From Paramecium tetraurelia (Eukaryota), in NCBI GenBank assembly GCA_000165425.1, contig CT868396.1, positions 394,826 to 433,919 of the forward strand: DNA of 39,094 nt, in the 5' to 3' direction. Made by a program: the position numbers and the translations under genes. Below the pieces are notes generated by a model that saw only the letters and a list, made by a program, of their open reading frames with translations, ran no database searches and was not told where the DNA came from. Shown here in pieces: positions 38,901-39,094 of the stretch. Numbering within the stretch: position 1 is the stretch's first letter; each line of letters opens with the position of its first letter.

Positions 38901-39094
38901 AGGCTAATCCTTTTGTAATTTTCAAAGTATCAACCTATATGCTTCTTAGATTTTAATTTTCTTATATAAATTGCATTAAAATTCCTTAAATTATATAAAA
39001 AATAATAACAGCAAATTATATTTTAATAATCAATTTAGTATAAGTTACCACTTGTATTTGGAGAGTAAATAGTGTCAACAATGATAATTACTTT

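Overview
Very AT-rich, gene-dense eukaryotic DNA that reads as a ciliate macronuclear chromosome segment, most likely Paramecium. Genes open only when TAA/TAG are read as Gln (translation table 6, TGA the sole stop), and they are split by tiny (about 21-30 nt) GT..AG introns, so the supplied standard-code ORF track is mostly fragments or shadow frames. By hand I reconstruct 17 complete genes. They are a UBE2W-type E2, a ciliate-type unknown protein, a Cys-rich surface protein, a SAP/PHD/SP-RING SIZ1-type SUMO E3, a C2+TM protein, three other hypotheticals, a CNBD-type K+ channel, a giant Pro/Lys/Glu-repeat protein, an ATG11/FIP200-like scaffold, a C2HC Zn-finger protein, an AGC kinase, a 3R-Myb, a cyclin, a GBP GTPase and a protein with four tandem SP-RING-like domains. 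There is also a probable partial gene at the left edge and several decayed gene relics. The strongest leads are the 4x SP-RING protein, a possible catalytically dead Ulp1-like region, two ultra-short in-frame tandem gene junctions sharing TGAAATATA, and an oversized UBE2W intron with a decoy acceptor. No tRNA, rRNA, telomere array, transposon or CRISPR was seen. All family calls come from recognising motifs by eye, not from database searches.
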